A stretch of 64,000 nucleotides of DNA from Deltaproteobacteria bacterium. Its GTDB lineage: Bacteria; CG2-30-53-67. The stretch is from contig JAADIO010000005.1 of the NCBI GenBank assembly GCA_013151235.1, positions 1 to 64,000 on the forward strand. The letters are read 5' to 3'. Shown in pieces: positions 7,847 through 17,317 of this stretch. Under the pieces are notes generated by a model. It was not told the DNA's origin, made no database searches, and saw nothing but the letters and a program-made list of their open reading frames with translations. How positions within the stretch are numbered: position 1 is the first letter of the stretch; each line of letters starts with the position of its first letter. Position numbers and translations under genes: made by a program.

Positions 7847-8809
7847 ATGTCGAAAACCAGTTCTTCAACCCCCACCCGCGTCCGGAGTTGGGCCGTCCAG
7901 CTTGGCGCTCTCGTCTTCTTACTCTTTTCCGTCACCACACCGGCGGCGGCTTCACCCGTCTATGCGGAAGCACGGCTAGATGGCGTTGTCCGGCAGGACG
8001 GCACCGCTGGCATGCAGCAAACCCCCTTCGATGTCGGCGGCGTCAATGCGACCACGGCGCAGGTCAACGAGGCCCTCCCCGAGTCTCAGGCAACCGGCAC
8101 GATGGGTATCGCTGCCCGCCACGTTGCCATAAGCACCGGCGCTACCTCCAGCCACACGAGCCACACCTGGTACGATGCGTGGAACCAACCCTATAATGTG
8201 ATCGACAGCCAGGCCACAGGCATGACGAGCCTTACAGCTCAGTTCTCGAGCACCTACCAGATCGGCTCGGCAACGCTCGCCGCCGGCACACCGGTGACCG
8301 TGGACCTCCTGTGGAATCTGCTAGGCTCAGTGTCACAGAGCTACGGCTACGCGGGAATCCATGTCGACACCTCCGGCAAGACCGGGGCATTAGGGGGAGG
8401 GAGTCCCAACCTTTATTCCTTTAACCACCTCCAGGATTGGGCGGTGGGACAAACGCATGACGGAACAAACCGGATTTTCGGCGACCCCGCCGGCGGGTCG
8501 GCGACGATCGACGCTTCGTTTACCGGCAGCGAGTCCCTGAAGGTCGGCGACATCTTCACCATTGGTGCCAACTTCGATGAGTTGCTGTACAGTTCCATCC
8601 ACAGTGAGATTATCCCTCCGAGTACCACTTGGCGCACCTATACCGATGGTTGGGGAACGGCAAACCTCACGGCCGATCTCAACCTCTCGTCGGCCGACAA
8701 CGTCGTCTTCACTCCCCTCGCCGTCCCCGAGCCCGCCTCCCTCCTCCTGATCGGAACCGGTCTGATCGGGCTGGCCGGATTGAGACAAAGGAACAGCCGC
8801 ACTGAATGA
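7847..8809 (+). CDS. PEP-CTERM sorting-domain surface protein
   Basis: N-terminal signal peptide; Ser/Thr/Gly-rich body; C-terminal VPEP + transmembrane helix + basic tail (VPEPASLLLIGTGLIGLAGLRQR). Confidence 0.92.
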   Translation: MSKTSSSTPTRVRSWAVQLGALVFLLFSVTTPAAASPVYAEARLDGVVRQDGTAGMQQTPFDVGGVNATTAQVNEALPESQATGTMGIAARHVAISTGATSSHTSHTWYDAWNQPYNVIDSQATGMTSLTAQFSSTYQIGSATLAAGTPVTVDLLWNLLGSVSQSYGYAGIHVDTSGKTGALGGGSPNLYSFNHLQDWAVGQTHDGTNRIFGDPAGGSATIDASFTGSESLKVGDIFTIGANFDELLYSSIHSEIIPPSTTWRTYTDGWGTANLTADLNLSSADNVVFTPLAVPEPASLLLIGTGLIGLAGLRQRNSRTE

Positions 8810-8897
8810 CCCGAGTGGAAGCACGAAAGGTCGAGGAGTTGGGACGATGCCGCCCCGGGTAAACCGGGACGCTACAGGGTTTTTACCCGGCATCGGT

Positions 8898-9083
8898 TTT
8901 CTTCATGGCCTTCATGTGCTTCATGGTAAATTGCTTTTCCGGTTTTGCTTTTCCTTTGCGCCCTTTGCGTCCTCTGCGAGATGCCGCTTGCCGCTTTTGC
9001 CTTTGGTATTGTTTTGTCCCTCTGTGCCTTTGCCCCTCTGCCCCTTGCCTTTGTCTCCGTGTTCTCTGTGTACTCCGTGGTGA
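8898..9083. repeat. Stack of four short triplicated 8-9-nt repeats
   Basis: CTTCATGnn x3, CCTYTGCGn x3, CCTYTGYC x3-4 and CTCYGTGnn x3, all in the same orientation. Confidence 0.7.
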
Positions 9084-9123
9084 TATGCTTTTTGATTTCT
9101 CCGCGGTCAGGCGTTCCTGCGAC

Positions 9124-9151
9124 TTGACACCCTCCCTGAAGATGGTAGACT
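9124..9151 (+). promoter_or_regulatory. Sigma70 promoter for the glutaredoxin-epimerase pair
   Basis: TTGACA-16 nt-TAGACT with an extended TG. Confidence 0.5.
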
Positions 9152-9190
9152 TTAAATCATCCGTAGAAACCGTTGAGAAAGAAGTTCGAA

Positions 9191-9427
9191 ATGAGACTTG
9201 AACTCTTCCAGTTTCCGACCTGACCTTACTGCATGAAGGTCCGTCGGGCCATCCGCAGACTTGAGGTCGATATGGAGTACAGGAACATCCTCTGGCCGCC
9301 GAACATCCGGCGCCTTATCCGGGAGGGGGGACGCTATCAGATCCCCTGCCTCTTCATCGACGGGAAGGCGATGTACGAATCGGACGATATCATAGGTTTC
9401 CTGCGGGAACATTTCCCCGCCCGCTGA
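9191..9427 (+). CDS. Selenocysteine-containing glutaredoxin-like protein (UPYC active site), 78 aa
   Basis: ATG 9191 reads MRLELFQFPT-TGA-PYCMKVRRAI in frame with the 9233 ORF; cis-Pro motif QIPCL and YESDDII; stem-loop immediately 3' of the UGA. Confidence 0.85.
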
Positions 9428-9449
9428 ATTCCCGTCACCGGGAACGCTG

Positions 9450-10376
9450 ATGAAAGGAAAGAAGACAATGATCTTTGTTGCCGGGGGAACAGGCTTCGTC
9501 GGGCGCCGTCTCCTGAGAGGGTTGAAAGAGGAAGGACGGTCCATCCGGTGCCTCGTCCGGAACCGGGAAAAGGCGGAGTGGGTCGCAGGTCTCGGTTTCG
9601 AGGCCGCGGAAGGGGATATCTCCGATCCCGGATCCTTGAAGGGAGCGCTGGAGAGCATCGATACGGTGGTCCACCTCGTCGGAATCATCGAGGAAAAAGG
9701 CGGCGCCACCTTTGAGTCGGTCCACGTGAAGGGAACGGGACACCTCGTCAACGAAGCGGTTGCAGCCGGGGTGAAACACTTCTTCTACCAGTCGGCCCTC
9801 GGGGCGGATCCCGCCTCTCCCTTCGGCTACCTGAAAACAAAAGCCAAGGCGGAGGAGATCGTCACCTCTTCCGGAATCGATTATACGATCTTCCGCCCTT
9901 CCCTGATCGTAGGGGAGGGGGACGGCTTCACCGAACGGATGAAGCAGATCGTCTCCCTCGGCCCGGTCGTCCCCGTGCCGGGTGACGGGACGGCCCGCTT
10001 CCAGCCCTTTTCCGTAGACGACTGGTACCGTGCATTCCAAAAGGTGCTTGACGGCAAGGTGGAACGGAACCGAACCTACGAGATGGGGGGAGCCGAGCAG
10101 TTGACCTATAACGAGATCCTCCGGGAGATCCTGCTCGTCCTCCATCTGGACAAACTGATCGTTCATCTGCCGATGGGGCTTACACGGTTGATGCTTCCTT
10201 TCATGGGGCCGGCAAGATCGGTCGCCTCCCTCCTCGGGAAGGAGATCCCCGAGGTTACGGCCGACCTCCTCGCCCTTCTCAGCCGGGACAATATCTGTGC
10301 CATCGATTCCCTGGAGAAAGATTTCGGGATCGAACCGATCCCCTTCGCGGAGGCACTCCGATCCTTCCTGAAGTAA
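9450..10376 (+). CDS. NAD-dependent epimerase/dehydratase, complex I NDUFA9-like atypical SDR
   Basis: GGTGFVG Rossmann motif, VVHLVGII, SALGAD, YxxTK, IFRPSLI. Confidence 0.85.
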   Translation: MKGKKTMIFVAGGTGFVGRRLLRGLKEEGRSIRCLVRNREKAEWVAGLGFEAAEGDISDPGSLKGALESIDTVVHLVGIIEEKGGATFESVHVKGTGHLVNEAVAAGVKHFFYQSALGADPASPFGYLKTKAKAEEIVTSSGIDYTIFRPSLIVGEGDGFTERMKQIVSLGPVVPVPGDGTARFQPFSVDDWYRAFQKVLDGKVERNRTYEMGGAEQLTYNEILREILLVLHLDKLIVHLPMGLTRLMLPFMGPARSVASLLGKEIPEVTADLLALLSRDNICAIDSLEKDFGIEPIPFAEALRSFLK

Positions 10377-10412
10377 TCCCCTCTTCGGAGAGAGACGGCA
10401 ATTTCCATGGTT

Positions 10413-11459
10413 TCAATCTTCGGTCAACCGGAACCAGGCAGCCAGGATCCCCATGTACCAGGCAAAACTCAGAAGGGCCGTGACCGCATCAAAGAAAGCG
10501 AAATCGGTCAGTGGACGGAAGAAGCGGTCGTGAAAACAAAGGCAGGGGTTACGATCTCCACCGAACACGGGCCCCAGCAGGAGATCTATGAAGAAGAAGA
10601 GCTGCCAGGCATTACGGCGTATGTAACGCCCCAGCCGGAACCAGACACGGATGCTCCCCGTGAAACCGAGATCCTCCCTGAACATCCGCCGCAGGACCCG
10701 GAAATAGGGGGTCAACAAGAGCCGCCCCATCCCGCTTTGCACGGAATAGACATTCCGGGCACGCTCAAAGAAAATGAGAGTCCCCGTACTGTAAAGCCCC
10801 ATGATGATCCCCATCAGTATGTAACGCCGATGGAAGCCTTCCACTTCAAACCGCCGGGCGGAGGTTGCAAGCACTCCGGGCAGGGTGATCCAGGCCCCCT
10901 CTTCCCGGATCCGTTCCGCCATCTCCTGGTCTTCGAGGAACGGGAAGGTCTCATCGAACCCACCGAGGCGTTCAAAATATCCCTTCGACAGCAGGAAGCC
11001 CTGGTCGCCGCTGGTGGTATTGGTTCTATTGAGACGGCTCTTGGCTTCGAGGAACCGGTAGGCCAGGGAGTTCCGGCCGTCGGACCGCTGAAAACGGAGG
11101 GGGAAATGGCCCGCCACGCCGTCACCGCCCAATCGCGAGATCTCCTCCCGTAACCGGTCGAGTGCGTTTGCAAGAAGGCGCGGGTCTTCCAGCCCGGAGT
11201 CTGCGTGGAGAAAGAGGAGGAATTCTCCCCGTGCGGCCCGGGCTCCGGCGTTCATCTGCCGTCCCCTCCCCCGCTCCGTCCGTACGACAACGGCATGAAA
11301 TGATTCTGCGATCCGGCATGAATCGTCATGAGACCCTCCGTCGGCGATGATAATTTCCAGAGAGAGCCCTTGTTGATTCCGGAGAGAAGTGAGCAGGTCA
11401 GGCAGATGTTCCGCCTCATCCAGGACAGGAATGATCAGAGAAAGATAAGGTACAGACAT
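10413..11459 (-). CDS. Family 2 glycosyltransferase, TIGR04283-like (rSAM/selenodomain-associated transferase 2)
   Basis: SLIIPVLDE, DGGSHD, GRGRQMNAGA, LFLHAD, GDQG, LEDQ, TSARRF motifs. Confidence 0.8.
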   Translation of the reverse strand: MSVPYLSLIIPVLDEAEHLPDLLTSLRNQQGLSLEIIIADGGSHDDSCRIAESFHAVVVRTERGRGRQMNAGARAARGEFLLFLHADSGLEDPRLLANALDRLREEISRLGGDGVAGHFPLRFQRSDGRNSLAYRFLEAKSRLNRTNTTSGDQGFLLSKGYFERLGGFDETFPFLEDQEMAERIREEGAWITLPGVLATSARRFEVEGFHRRYILMGIIMGLYSTGTLIFFERARNVYSVQSGMGRLLLTPYFRVLRRMFREDLGFTGSIRVWFRLGRYIRRNAWQLFFFIDLLLGPVFGGDRNPCLCFHDRFFRPLTDFAFFDAVTALLSFAWYMGILAAWFRLTED

Positions 11460-11464
11460 TTTGT

Positions 11465-12667
11465 TCAGGAACGGTCCTGCTTCAGACGATCAAACTCACT
11501 GAAGGATCTTGAGACACAATCCTCGATGGCCACACCGCTGAAATAGTTTCCCGTCAGATAGAGTGACGTCTCCCGGAGTTTCTCATCGATCCGCCGGACC
11601 CACTCTTTGTGCCCGACACGAAGGGCGGGGAGGAGATTCTCCTTCTCCACGACATCGACCAGTTGATTCTCCGTAAGCCCGAGCAGTTCACAGGCACGCC
11701 GGACCTTTCCTTCCCGGTCGAGCCGGCCCGGCTTGAAGTGGAAGGTGAAGCCGCGGTATCGATGATGGGGAACCGTATCCCGGGAGACGATGGAATAGAA
11801 ACTGTCTTCGGCCGCCACGGCCCCTGCGAAGGGAGGTAGGGAAAGATCCTTCTTCTCGACAACAACCCCAAGCGATTCGATCCGTACCGTCTTGATACAA
11901 TGCAATTCACCGGCAAGATCGGGCAAGGTTTCATCCAGCAGTGAGGCCGCCGTCGAAGCGGGAACGGCCAATGCCACGGAGGGAGACCGAACTTCCCTCC
12001 CCTCCCTCAGGAGAACCCGGAAGTCCCGGCCCTCCTTCCGCAGAACGGAAACACCTTCTCCGAAACGGACCTCCAACCCCTTCTGAGAGGTGGCGGCACC
12101 GGCAAGACTCTGAAGACCCCGGCGAAAGGTGAAGCTCTTCAAGACATCCTTGCGACGGGAACGCTTTTTGAACAGCATGTCGGCCGGGAAATCGCCCGTT
12201 TCCTGGGAAAGAACGGAGTTGAAAAGGTGAGAAAAGAGGGTTTTGAAATTTTTTCTCCCGACGATGGGACCGTAGTAGGAGGCGACGCTTTGCCCTTCCT
12301 TCCTGAGCCGGAAAAGGCGGGGAACGGAGAGCAGCAGTTCCGAAAAATTGATGCACGAGGGAATCGATTTCAAGCGATCCTCCCGGATCATTTTAAAGGG
12401 GACCTTCGCCCGTGGCTGCAGTTGATCCTGAATCCCGCACCCCTCGATCATGGAGAGTAGATTCCCGTAGGAATTGTAACAGGTATGAGCGCCCAGCTCG
12501 AGCCAAAACCCCTCGCCGGAGCCATCATGGGTGTGGGAATGAAAAGCCCCGCCCGGACGGTCTTCCCTCTCGAGGATGACCGTCTTCATCCCCGCCCGGG
12601 CACAGCGGTATCCCAGGCTCATGCCGCTGATGCCCGCGCCGATAATGATGATGTCGCAGGTTTCCAA
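11465..12667 (-). CDS. FAD-dependent oxidoreductase, protoporphyrinogen oxidase (HemY)-like fold
   Basis: IIGAGISG dinucleotide-binding motif, ELGAHT, C-terminal GNYFSGVAIEDCV; TTG start. Confidence 0.75.
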   Translation of the reverse strand: METCDIIIIGAGISGMSLGYRCARAGMKTVILEREDRPGGAFHSHTHDGSGEGFWLELGAHTCYNSYGNLLSMIEGCGIQDQLQPRAKVPFKMIREDRLKSIPSCINFSELLLSVPRLFRLRKEGQSVASYYGPIVGRKNFKTLFSHLFNSVLSQETGDFPADMLFKKRSRRKDVLKSFTFRRGLQSLAGAATSQKGLEVRFGEGVSVLRKEGRDFRVLLREGREVRSPSVALAVPASTAASLLDETLPDLAGELHCIKTVRIESLGVVVEKKDLSLPPFAGAVAAEDSFYSIVSRDTVPHHRYRGFTFHFKPGRLDREGKVRRACELLGLTENQLVDVVEKENLLPALRVGHKEWVRRIDEKLRETSLYLTGNYFSGVAIEDCVSRSFSEFDRLKQDRS

Positions 12668-12679
12668 TCCCGTCCCCTT

Positions 12680-12874
12680 TCAGGATTGGAAGTCGCGGTC
12701 CATGACGGTCTTTCTGCGGTCGGACCGGGCTTTCTCAATCGCCTGATCGCACATCTTCCGGATCAGATCGGAAAGGGCCGACGCAACATTTCCCGCCGTG
12801 TTCATCCCCGAAGCGGACCGGATATAATTCTTCACCTTCGAAACAACGACGAGCACCTCGTTCTCACTGCTCAT
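12680..12874 (-). CDS. Bacterial histone (singlet histone-fold, Bd0055-like)
   Basis: 64 aa with EVLVVVSKVK...MNTA...ALS...A...RKTVMDRD; the RKTV..RD L2 motif of histone folds; AAGGAGG RBS. Confidence 0.88.
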   Translation of the reverse strand: MSSENEVLVVVSKVKNYIRSASGMNTAGNVASALSDLIRKMCDQAIEKARSDRRKTVMDRDFQS

Positions 12875-13067
12875 ATTCTTCCTCCTTTCAACGGAATACT
12901 GCTTTCAAAAAATCCCACCCTGCGGATTAATAGCAGATGAACCGGCAAATAACAAGGAAAATGATTCCCTTCGCCCTCGATGTTTTTGGTAGTCAATGCC
13001 GGGGAAACATGCTAAATTTATTTACAATTTGGACAATTCTCAACAGATCGACACCGAGAGAAGAACC

Positions 13068-14168
13068 ATGAAGCGATATCCACGGTGTATATATCTCCTT
13101 ATCCTCTACCTTTCTTTCTCTTGGCCCCTGTCCGGGTGCAAACAAAAAACGGCGGAGGAAGCCCCCTCCCCGGTGGAAGTGGAACTCCTTCGGGTCCACC
13201 CGCAGGATATTTCAGAACACTTTGCGGTCGGCGGCCTGCTGAAGGCAGGAGAAACCTCCATCATCACTGCGGAAATCAACGGGGCAATCCGGAAAGAATT
13301 TTACCGGGCGGGGGACCGGGTGGAAAAAGGCGATGTTCTCCTTGAATTCGATCCGGAGCCCTTTTCGCTGAACCTGGACGCCGCCGATGCAAACCTGGAA
13401 AAGGCCGAGGTCCGTTTTTCCAACCGCCGAAAGGAATACAACAGGCGACGTCAACTCCTGAAAGAGGGTTTCATCTCCACGGAGGAGGTGGACCAGGCGG
13501 AGCGGCTGTTTCAATCCGCAAAGGCCGACCTGGACGCGGCAAAGGCAAACCGGCAGCAGGCGGCAAGAGAAATGAGAAAGACCGAGGTCCGCTCTCCCCT
13601 CCCCGGAATCGTCGTTTCCCGTTATCGGGAGGTCGGGGAGCAGGTTCCGCCGGGAACTCCTCTTTTCAAGGTGGACGATATCCGACATCTCCGCATCATC
13701 GCCGGCGTTTCCGAAGAGCAGGTTTTGCAGATCAAAGAGAAACAACCCGTTACGGTGCGGATCGATCCTTTCGGCAAAAAAATCTTTTCAGGACGGGTGA
13801 CACGAATCTCCGTCCCTGCCTCTGAACAAGGAGGAACCTTTCCCGTGGAGGTCGATCTCGCGAACCCTCAGGGACTCCTGAAACCGGGCATGGTTGCACA
13901 GGTCCTCTTCCCCGGAAGAATGCACCGGGGGGTTTTCCTGATTCCCCGGAACGCCGTTGTGAAGGAACTGGGGCGCAGTCGGGTCTGGCGGGTTCACAAC
14001 GGCAGGGCCGCCGGTATCCCTGTTACACTCGGCGCCGACTTCGGTTTTGAAGTGGCCGTCACAAAAGGCCTTGCCCCCGGAGATCAGGTCGTCGTGATCG
14101 GGCAGGACAAATTGACGGAGGGTACGGCCGTTACCATCCGGAAGATCGACGAGGAGACGGACCGATGA
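13068..14168 (+). CDS. RND efflux periplasmic adaptor (membrane fusion) lipoprotein
   Basis: Lipobox LSGC, lipoyl halves (GDRVEKGDVL, VRSPLPG), alpha-hairpin, LKPGM, GLAPGDQVV. Confidence 0.9.
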   Translation: MKRYPRCIYLLILYLSFSWPLSGCKQKTAEEAPSPVEVELLRVHPQDISEHFAVGGLLKAGETSIITAEINGAIRKEFYRAGDRVEKGDVLLEFDPEPFSLNLDAADANLEKAEVRFSNRRKEYNRRRQLLKEGFISTEEVDQAERLFQSAKADLDAAKANRQQAAREMRKTEVRSPLPGIVVSRYREVGEQVPPGTPLFKVDDIRHLRIIAGVSEEQVLQIKEKQPVTVRIDPFGKKIFSGRVTRISVPASEQGGTFPVEVDLANPQGLLKPGMVAQVLFPGRMHRGVFLIPRNAVVKELGRSRVWRVHNGRAAGIPVTLGADFGFEVAVTKGLAPGDQVVVIGQDKLTEGTAVTIRKIDEETDR

Positions 14169-17100
14169 CGGTGGGGGCCTTTTCGGTCAAGAACCCTGTT
14201 TTCGTCAATCTCGTTCTCCTGTTGTTTGTGGTCCTCGGGATCACCTCTTTTCGAAGCATGCCCAGGGAAGTCTTTCCCTCGGTTCCCCTCGACATGGTGA
14301 CGGTCACAACCGTCTATCCCGGCGTCTCGCCCGAAGAGATTGAAAAGATCATCACCATCCCGGAAGAGAACGCACTCCAGGGGGTGGATGGAATCAATGA
14401 GATCGATTCCCAGTCACGAGAGGGAATGAGCCTCATTCTGGCAAAGGTGGATCAGGACCGGGATCTGAAGAAGGTCTCCCAGGACATGGAAAGCGCCCTG
14501 AACCGGATGGACCCGCTGCCGGATGACGCCAAAAGCCCGGTGGTGCAAGAGATCGAGACCCGCTACCCCGTGATCAACATCTCGGTCTACGGGAACACTT
14601 CAGAGGATGTACGCCGGGAAATATCAGACGAGTTGGAAGACAGGATACTGGAGATTCCGGGGGTAGGTGAAGTTCTGAAATCCGGATACCGCGACCGGGA
14701 AATCTGGGTCGAAGTCGATCCTCATCGTCTCGACGCCTATCATCTGCCGATTTCCGAAGTCGTCCTGGCACTGAAACGACGGAATCTAAATCTTCCTGCC
14801 GGCATTCTCAAGGGGATCCGGCAAGAGTTTCTCATTCGAACAGTGGGGGAATTCCGATCGACAAAAGAGATCCTTGATACGGTGATCCGGAAAGGAACCG
14901 ACGGCGGCATGGTCCGGATCCGGGACGTGGCGGATGTGAAGAATACCTTTGAAGAGGCCTCCCGGTTTGGACGTTCCAACGGCGCCAGAGCCATTACGCT
15001 GATCGTCACAAAACAGGCCCGGGGCGATACCATCAAGATTGCCGATGCCGTCAAAAAGCTGAAAAGCGACCTGGAATCCCATCTCCCGGCAGGCGCCCAT
15101 CTCTCCCTCTCCCAGGACAATTCCCAGTGGATCCGAAACCGGCTCCATACCCTCTACGTGAACGGATCGATCGGATTCATCCTGGTCTGCACCATCCTCT
15201 TCCTGACATTGAACTGGCGGATCGCACTCTTTACGGCACTGGGAATCCCCTTCTCCTTCCTGGGAGCCTTCACCTTCATGAAATTCTTCGGCATGACCAT
15301 CAACATGCTGACCCTCTTCTCCCTCATCGTCGTATTGGGGATCGTCGTCGACGATGCAATCATCATTGCGGAGAATGTCTTCCGTCACCTGGCCATGGGC
15401 AAGAGTCCGAGCCGTGCCGCCATTGAGGGAACCAACGAAGTCGTGACCCCCGTCTTTGCCGCTGTGAGTACCACCATTGCCGCCTTTCTTCCGATGTTGA
15501 TGATGACGGGAATCCTGGGAAAATTCATGCGGGTCATCCCGATCGTAGTGAACTTTGCTCTCATCGCCTCCCTGGTCGAGGCTCTTCTGACCCTCCCCTC
15601 CCATCTGGCCGATTTCGCCCCCTCCACTTCACGGACACGCCCCCTTTTCGGTTCGGGGAAGCGCTTCCGGAGTTACAAACGGCGCTTTGCTCGGGCTCTG
15701 GGCTGGCTGCTGCGCCGAAGATACAAGGTCCTTCTCTCTCTCTTGCTGGTCACCATCGTGACCGGTCTGATTGCCCGGTATGAGATTCCCTTTGTTCTTT
15801 TCGACACCAACGATATCCCCTCCTTCATCGTACAGATCGAAACGCCGGAAGGCTCTCCGCTCATCCGGACCGAGGCGGTCATCGCCAGAATCGAAAAGCG
15901 GCTGCTCCGGTTTCCGAAGAACGAGATCACCACCCTCTCCTCTCTGGTGGGAAGTCACTTCGATCCCTCTTCCGGACGGACGCAGACCGGCACGCAGCTC
16001 GGACAGGTCATGGTGGAACTGCCTCAGTTTAATGCCGAGAACCGGGTCAACGGTTATCAAGTCCTGGAGAAAGCCCGCCGTGCCCTCCGGGGAATCAGCG
16101 GCATAAAGAAAATGGAATTCGTGAAGATCCAGGCCGGCCCCCCGGTGGGAAAGGCGGTAGAGGTCCGGATCCGGGGAAAAGAACTTCCCGTTCTGCGCCG
16201 TCTCTCCGGCAAGATCCAGGCATACCTGAAAACACTCCCCGGCACCCGGGATATCCAGGATGATCTCGAAGGGGGAAAGAAGGAATTAATCGTCCGGGTC
16301 GATGAGAAAAAAGCAGCCCTCTTCGGCATCCACGTGGAAGATGTCGCCCTGGCGTTGAAAAGCTATTACGGTGGGATCAAGACGAGCGAGATCCATCGCA
16401 AGAAAGACCAGATCGATGTCATTGTCCGGATGGCCCCGAAATTCCGGAGCGATTATACTCTCATCAAAACCCTGAAGGTCGCCAACGCATCGGGAGAGTT
16501 GATCCCGCTTTCGATGGTTACGAAACGCTCCCTTCAGGAGGGTTCGGGCGTGATTCGCAGAAAGGACCAGCGCCGGACCATCACCGTCACCGCCGATGTC
16601 GATACCGGCATCACCACCTCTTCGGCCGTCAAAAAGAAGATTGAAAAACAGTTCGGCACCCTTGCCGGAACCTATCCCGGTTACAGCTTCGCCTTCGCAG
16701 GGGAACAGAAAGAACAGATGGAATCGGTGCAGTCACTCATCGACGCCTTTCTCATATCGATCATCACGATCTACATCATTTTGGGAACCCTCTTCCGCTC
16801 CTTCATCCAGCCCTTCGTGGTCATGATCGCCGTCCCTTTCGCCTTTATCGGCGTGATCATCGGACACCTCGTAATGGGGATCTCCTTCGGTCTTCTGTCA
16901 ATGATCGGGATGGTCGCCATGGTGGGGATCGTCGTCAACGACTCCCTCGTCCTGCTCGACTTCATCAACAAGAGCCGTTCCGCCGGCATGAGCCGATGGC
17001 GCTCCATCATCACCGCAACGGAGACACGGTTCCGGCCCATCATCCTCACATCGCTGACCACCATCGCCGGGGTTTCCACCCTCGCCTTTCAACGGACGGG

Positions 17101-17287
17101 CCAGGCGGCATTCCTCGCTCCCATGGCCCTCTCAATCTTCTGGGGCCTAACTTTTTCTACGATCCTGACCCTCGTCATCGTCCCCTGTTTTTTCGCCGTT
17201 GTGGAGGATGTGCAGATCTGGATCCGGAAAAAACTCGGGATAACAGTGGACTGGGCGGCGCGTGAGAAGGAACGGGCGAAGTTGTAG
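14165..17287 (+). CDS. RND efflux transporter permease (AcrB/AcrD/AcrF family)
   Basis: 1040 aa; GIVVDDAII, GIVVNDS and RFRPIILTSLTT motifs; ATGA overlap with the adaptor gene. Confidence 0.93.
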   Translation: MTVGAFSVKNPVFVNLVLLLFVVLGITSFRSMPREVFPSVPLDMVTVTTVYPGVSPEEIEKIITIPEENALQGVDGINEIDSQSREGMSLILAKVDQDRDLKKVSQDMESALNRMDPLPDDAKSPVVQEIETRYPVINISVYGNTSEDVRREISDELEDRILEIPGVGEVLKSGYRDREIWVEVDPHRLDAYHLPISEVVLALKRRNLNLPAGILKGIRQEFLIRTVGEFRSTKEILDTVIRKGTDGGMVRIRDVADVKNTFEEASRFGRSNGARAITLIVTKQARGDTIKIADAVKKLKSDLESHLPAGAHLSLSQDNSQWIRNRLHTLYVNGSIGFILVCTILFLTLNWRIALFTALGIPFSFLGAFTFMKFFGMTINMLTLFSLIVVLGIVVDDAIIIAENVFRHLAMGKSPSRAAIEGTNEVVTPVFAAVSTTIAAFLPMLMMTGILGKFMRVIPIVVNFALIASLVEALLTLPSHLADFAPSTSRTRPLFGSGKRFRSYKRRFARALGWLLRRRYKVLLSLLLVTIVTGLIARYEIPFVLFDTNDIPSFIVQIETPEGSPLIRTEAVIARIEKRLLRFPKNEITTLSSLVGSHFDPSSGRTQTGTQLGQVMVELPQFNAENRVNGYQVLEKARRALRGISGIKKMEFVKIQAGPPVGKAVEVRIRGKELPVLRRLSGKIQAYLKTLPGTRDIQDDLEGGKKELIVRVDEKKAALFGIHVEDVALALKSYYGGIKTSEIHRKKDQIDVIVRMAPKFRSDYTLIKTLKVANASGELIPLSMVTKRSLQEGSGVIRRKDQRRTITVTADVDTGITTSSAVKKKIEKQFGTLAGTYPGYSFAFAGEQKEQMESVQSLIDAFLISIITIYIILGTLFRSFIQPFVVMIAVPFAFIGVIIGHLVMGISFGLLSMIGMVAMVGIVVNDSLVLLDFINKSRSAGMSRWRSIITATETRFRPIILTSLTTIAGVSTLAFQRTGQAAFLAPMALSIFWGLTFSTILTLVIVPCFFAVVEDVQIWIRKKLGITVDWAAREKERAKL

Positions 17288-17317
17288 ATTAAGATAACGA
17301 AAGGAGAGTAGAAAAGA

